A stretch of DNA of 64,000 nt from assembly GCA_934098435.1 (NCBI GenBank), contig CAKOOV010000001.1, positions 118,185 to 182,184 of the forward strand, written 5' to 3'. Every line of letters starts with the position of its first letter. Position 1 is the stretch's first letter. Positions 63,302-64,000 of the stretch are shown here, piece by piece. The position numbers and the translations under genes are program-made. This DNA comes from an uncultured Bacilli bacterium (lineage in GTDB: Bacteria; Bacillota_I; Bacilli_A; RF39; UBA660). The notes below the pieces were generated by a model. That model was not told the origin of the DNA. It saw nothing but the letters and a program-made list of their open reading frames with translations, and ran no database searches.

Positions 63302-64000
63302 ATGAATGATGTTATTATTAATGGTATTGTAAATGATTTAAATATTAAAAAAGAAAGTGTGGTAGCAACTTTAAAATTGTTAGAAGAAGGAAATACAGTT
63401 CCTTTTATTGCTAGATATAGAAAGGAAGTTACTGGAGCTTTAAATGAAGAAGAAATTAGAAGTATTAATGAAGTATATGAATATCAAGAAAATTTACTTA
63501 AAAGAAAAGAAGATGTTATTAGATTAATTGATGAAAAGGGAATGCTTACTCCAGAGATTAGAGATAATATTATGAAATGTGATAAATTAGTTGAGGTAGA
63601 GGATATTTATAGGCCTTATAAGGAAAAAAAGAAAACTAAGGCTACTGAAGCTATTAAAAATGGTCTTGAACCTTTAGCTAAAATTATTATGTCTTTTAAA
63701 GATATTGATATTAATAAAATTGCTCTTTCTTATATAAATGATAATGTTAAGGATATTGATGCTGCTATTAAAGGGGCTAGTTATATTATTGCGGAATGGG
63801 TTAGTGATAATGCTAGTTATCGTAAGTATATTAGAAATAACATGATTAATCATGGAGTTATTTGTACTAAGAAAAAGAAAAATGCTATAGACGATAAGGG
63901 TACATATGAGATGTATTATGATTATGAGGAGAAAATAAAATTTATTAAGTCTCATAGGGTACTTGCTATTAATAGGGGTGAGAAGGAAGATGTATTGTCT
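63302..64000 (+). CDS. tex: Tex-family RNA-binding transcription accessory protein, 3' end beyond window
   Basis: Hand translation MNDVIINGIVNDLNIKKESVVATLKLLEEGNTVPFIARYRKEVTGALNEEEIR ... IYRPYKEKKKTKATEAIKNGLEPLA. The frame is open to the window end. Confidence 0.85.
   Translation, partial: MNDVIINGIVNDLNIKKESVVATLKLLEEGNTVPFIARYRKEVTGALNEEEIRSINEVYEYQENLLKRKEDVIRLIDEKGMLTPEIRDNIMKCDKLVEVEDIYRPYKEKKKTKATEAIKNGLEPLAKIIMSFKDIDINKIALSYINDNVKDIDAAIKGASYIIAEWVSDNASYRKYIRNNMINHGVICTKKKKNAIDDKGTYEMYYDYEEKIKFIKSHRVLAINRGEKEDVLS

Overview
This is a very AT-rich, low-GC Firmicutes-type chromosomal segment covering the replication-origin neighbourhood. The genetic code is standard: TGA is a stop and prfB carries the classic TGA-dependent +1 frameshift. 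The core is dnaA-dnaN-(ComK-like)-recF-gyrB-gyrA, with DnaA-box clusters on both sides of dnaA. Next come a short SRP RNA, a roughly 600 bp non-coding repeat array, and tadA-dnaX-ybaB-recR-bofA-holB-yaaT-methyltransferase-rsmI-pth-mfd-spoVT. After that is a T-box leader in front of dut-metG, then tatD, a 3D-domain protein, spoIID, an M23 (SpoIIQ-like) peptidase, spoIIID, mreB, rpiB, dusB and lysS. Further on are a YfcC-like transporter and clpC, then an inverted three-gene envelope operon (CapA-like, phosphodiester glycosidase, N-rich anchored protein). The remaining genes are DUF951, AbgT, ychF, pepF, prfB, two tandem YitT genes, ftsEX, an orphan cassette, a histidine phosphatase, an ASST-like protein, a Y-family polymerase, a 667-aa unknown and the start of tex. 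No rRNA, tRNA, CRISPR, transposase or integrase was seen. The most unusual signal is the gyrA-tadA spacer. It holds three perfect 18-bp parS-type palindromes (ATGTTTCACGTGAAACAT). Each is followed after exactly 2 bp by a DnaA box (TTATCAACA twice, TTATCCACA once). Two decayed copies are also present, and all sit in a mosaic of longer direct repeats. Secondary leads are an orphan HerA/DUF87 ATPase abutting oriC, a ComK-family gene inserted between dnaN and recF, an orphan ORF bracketed by 31-bp perfect direct repeats copied from the ftsX 3' end and terminator, and a Y-family polymerase tightly coupled to a large unknown protein. All functional calls rest on motif recognition by eye; no database search was run.
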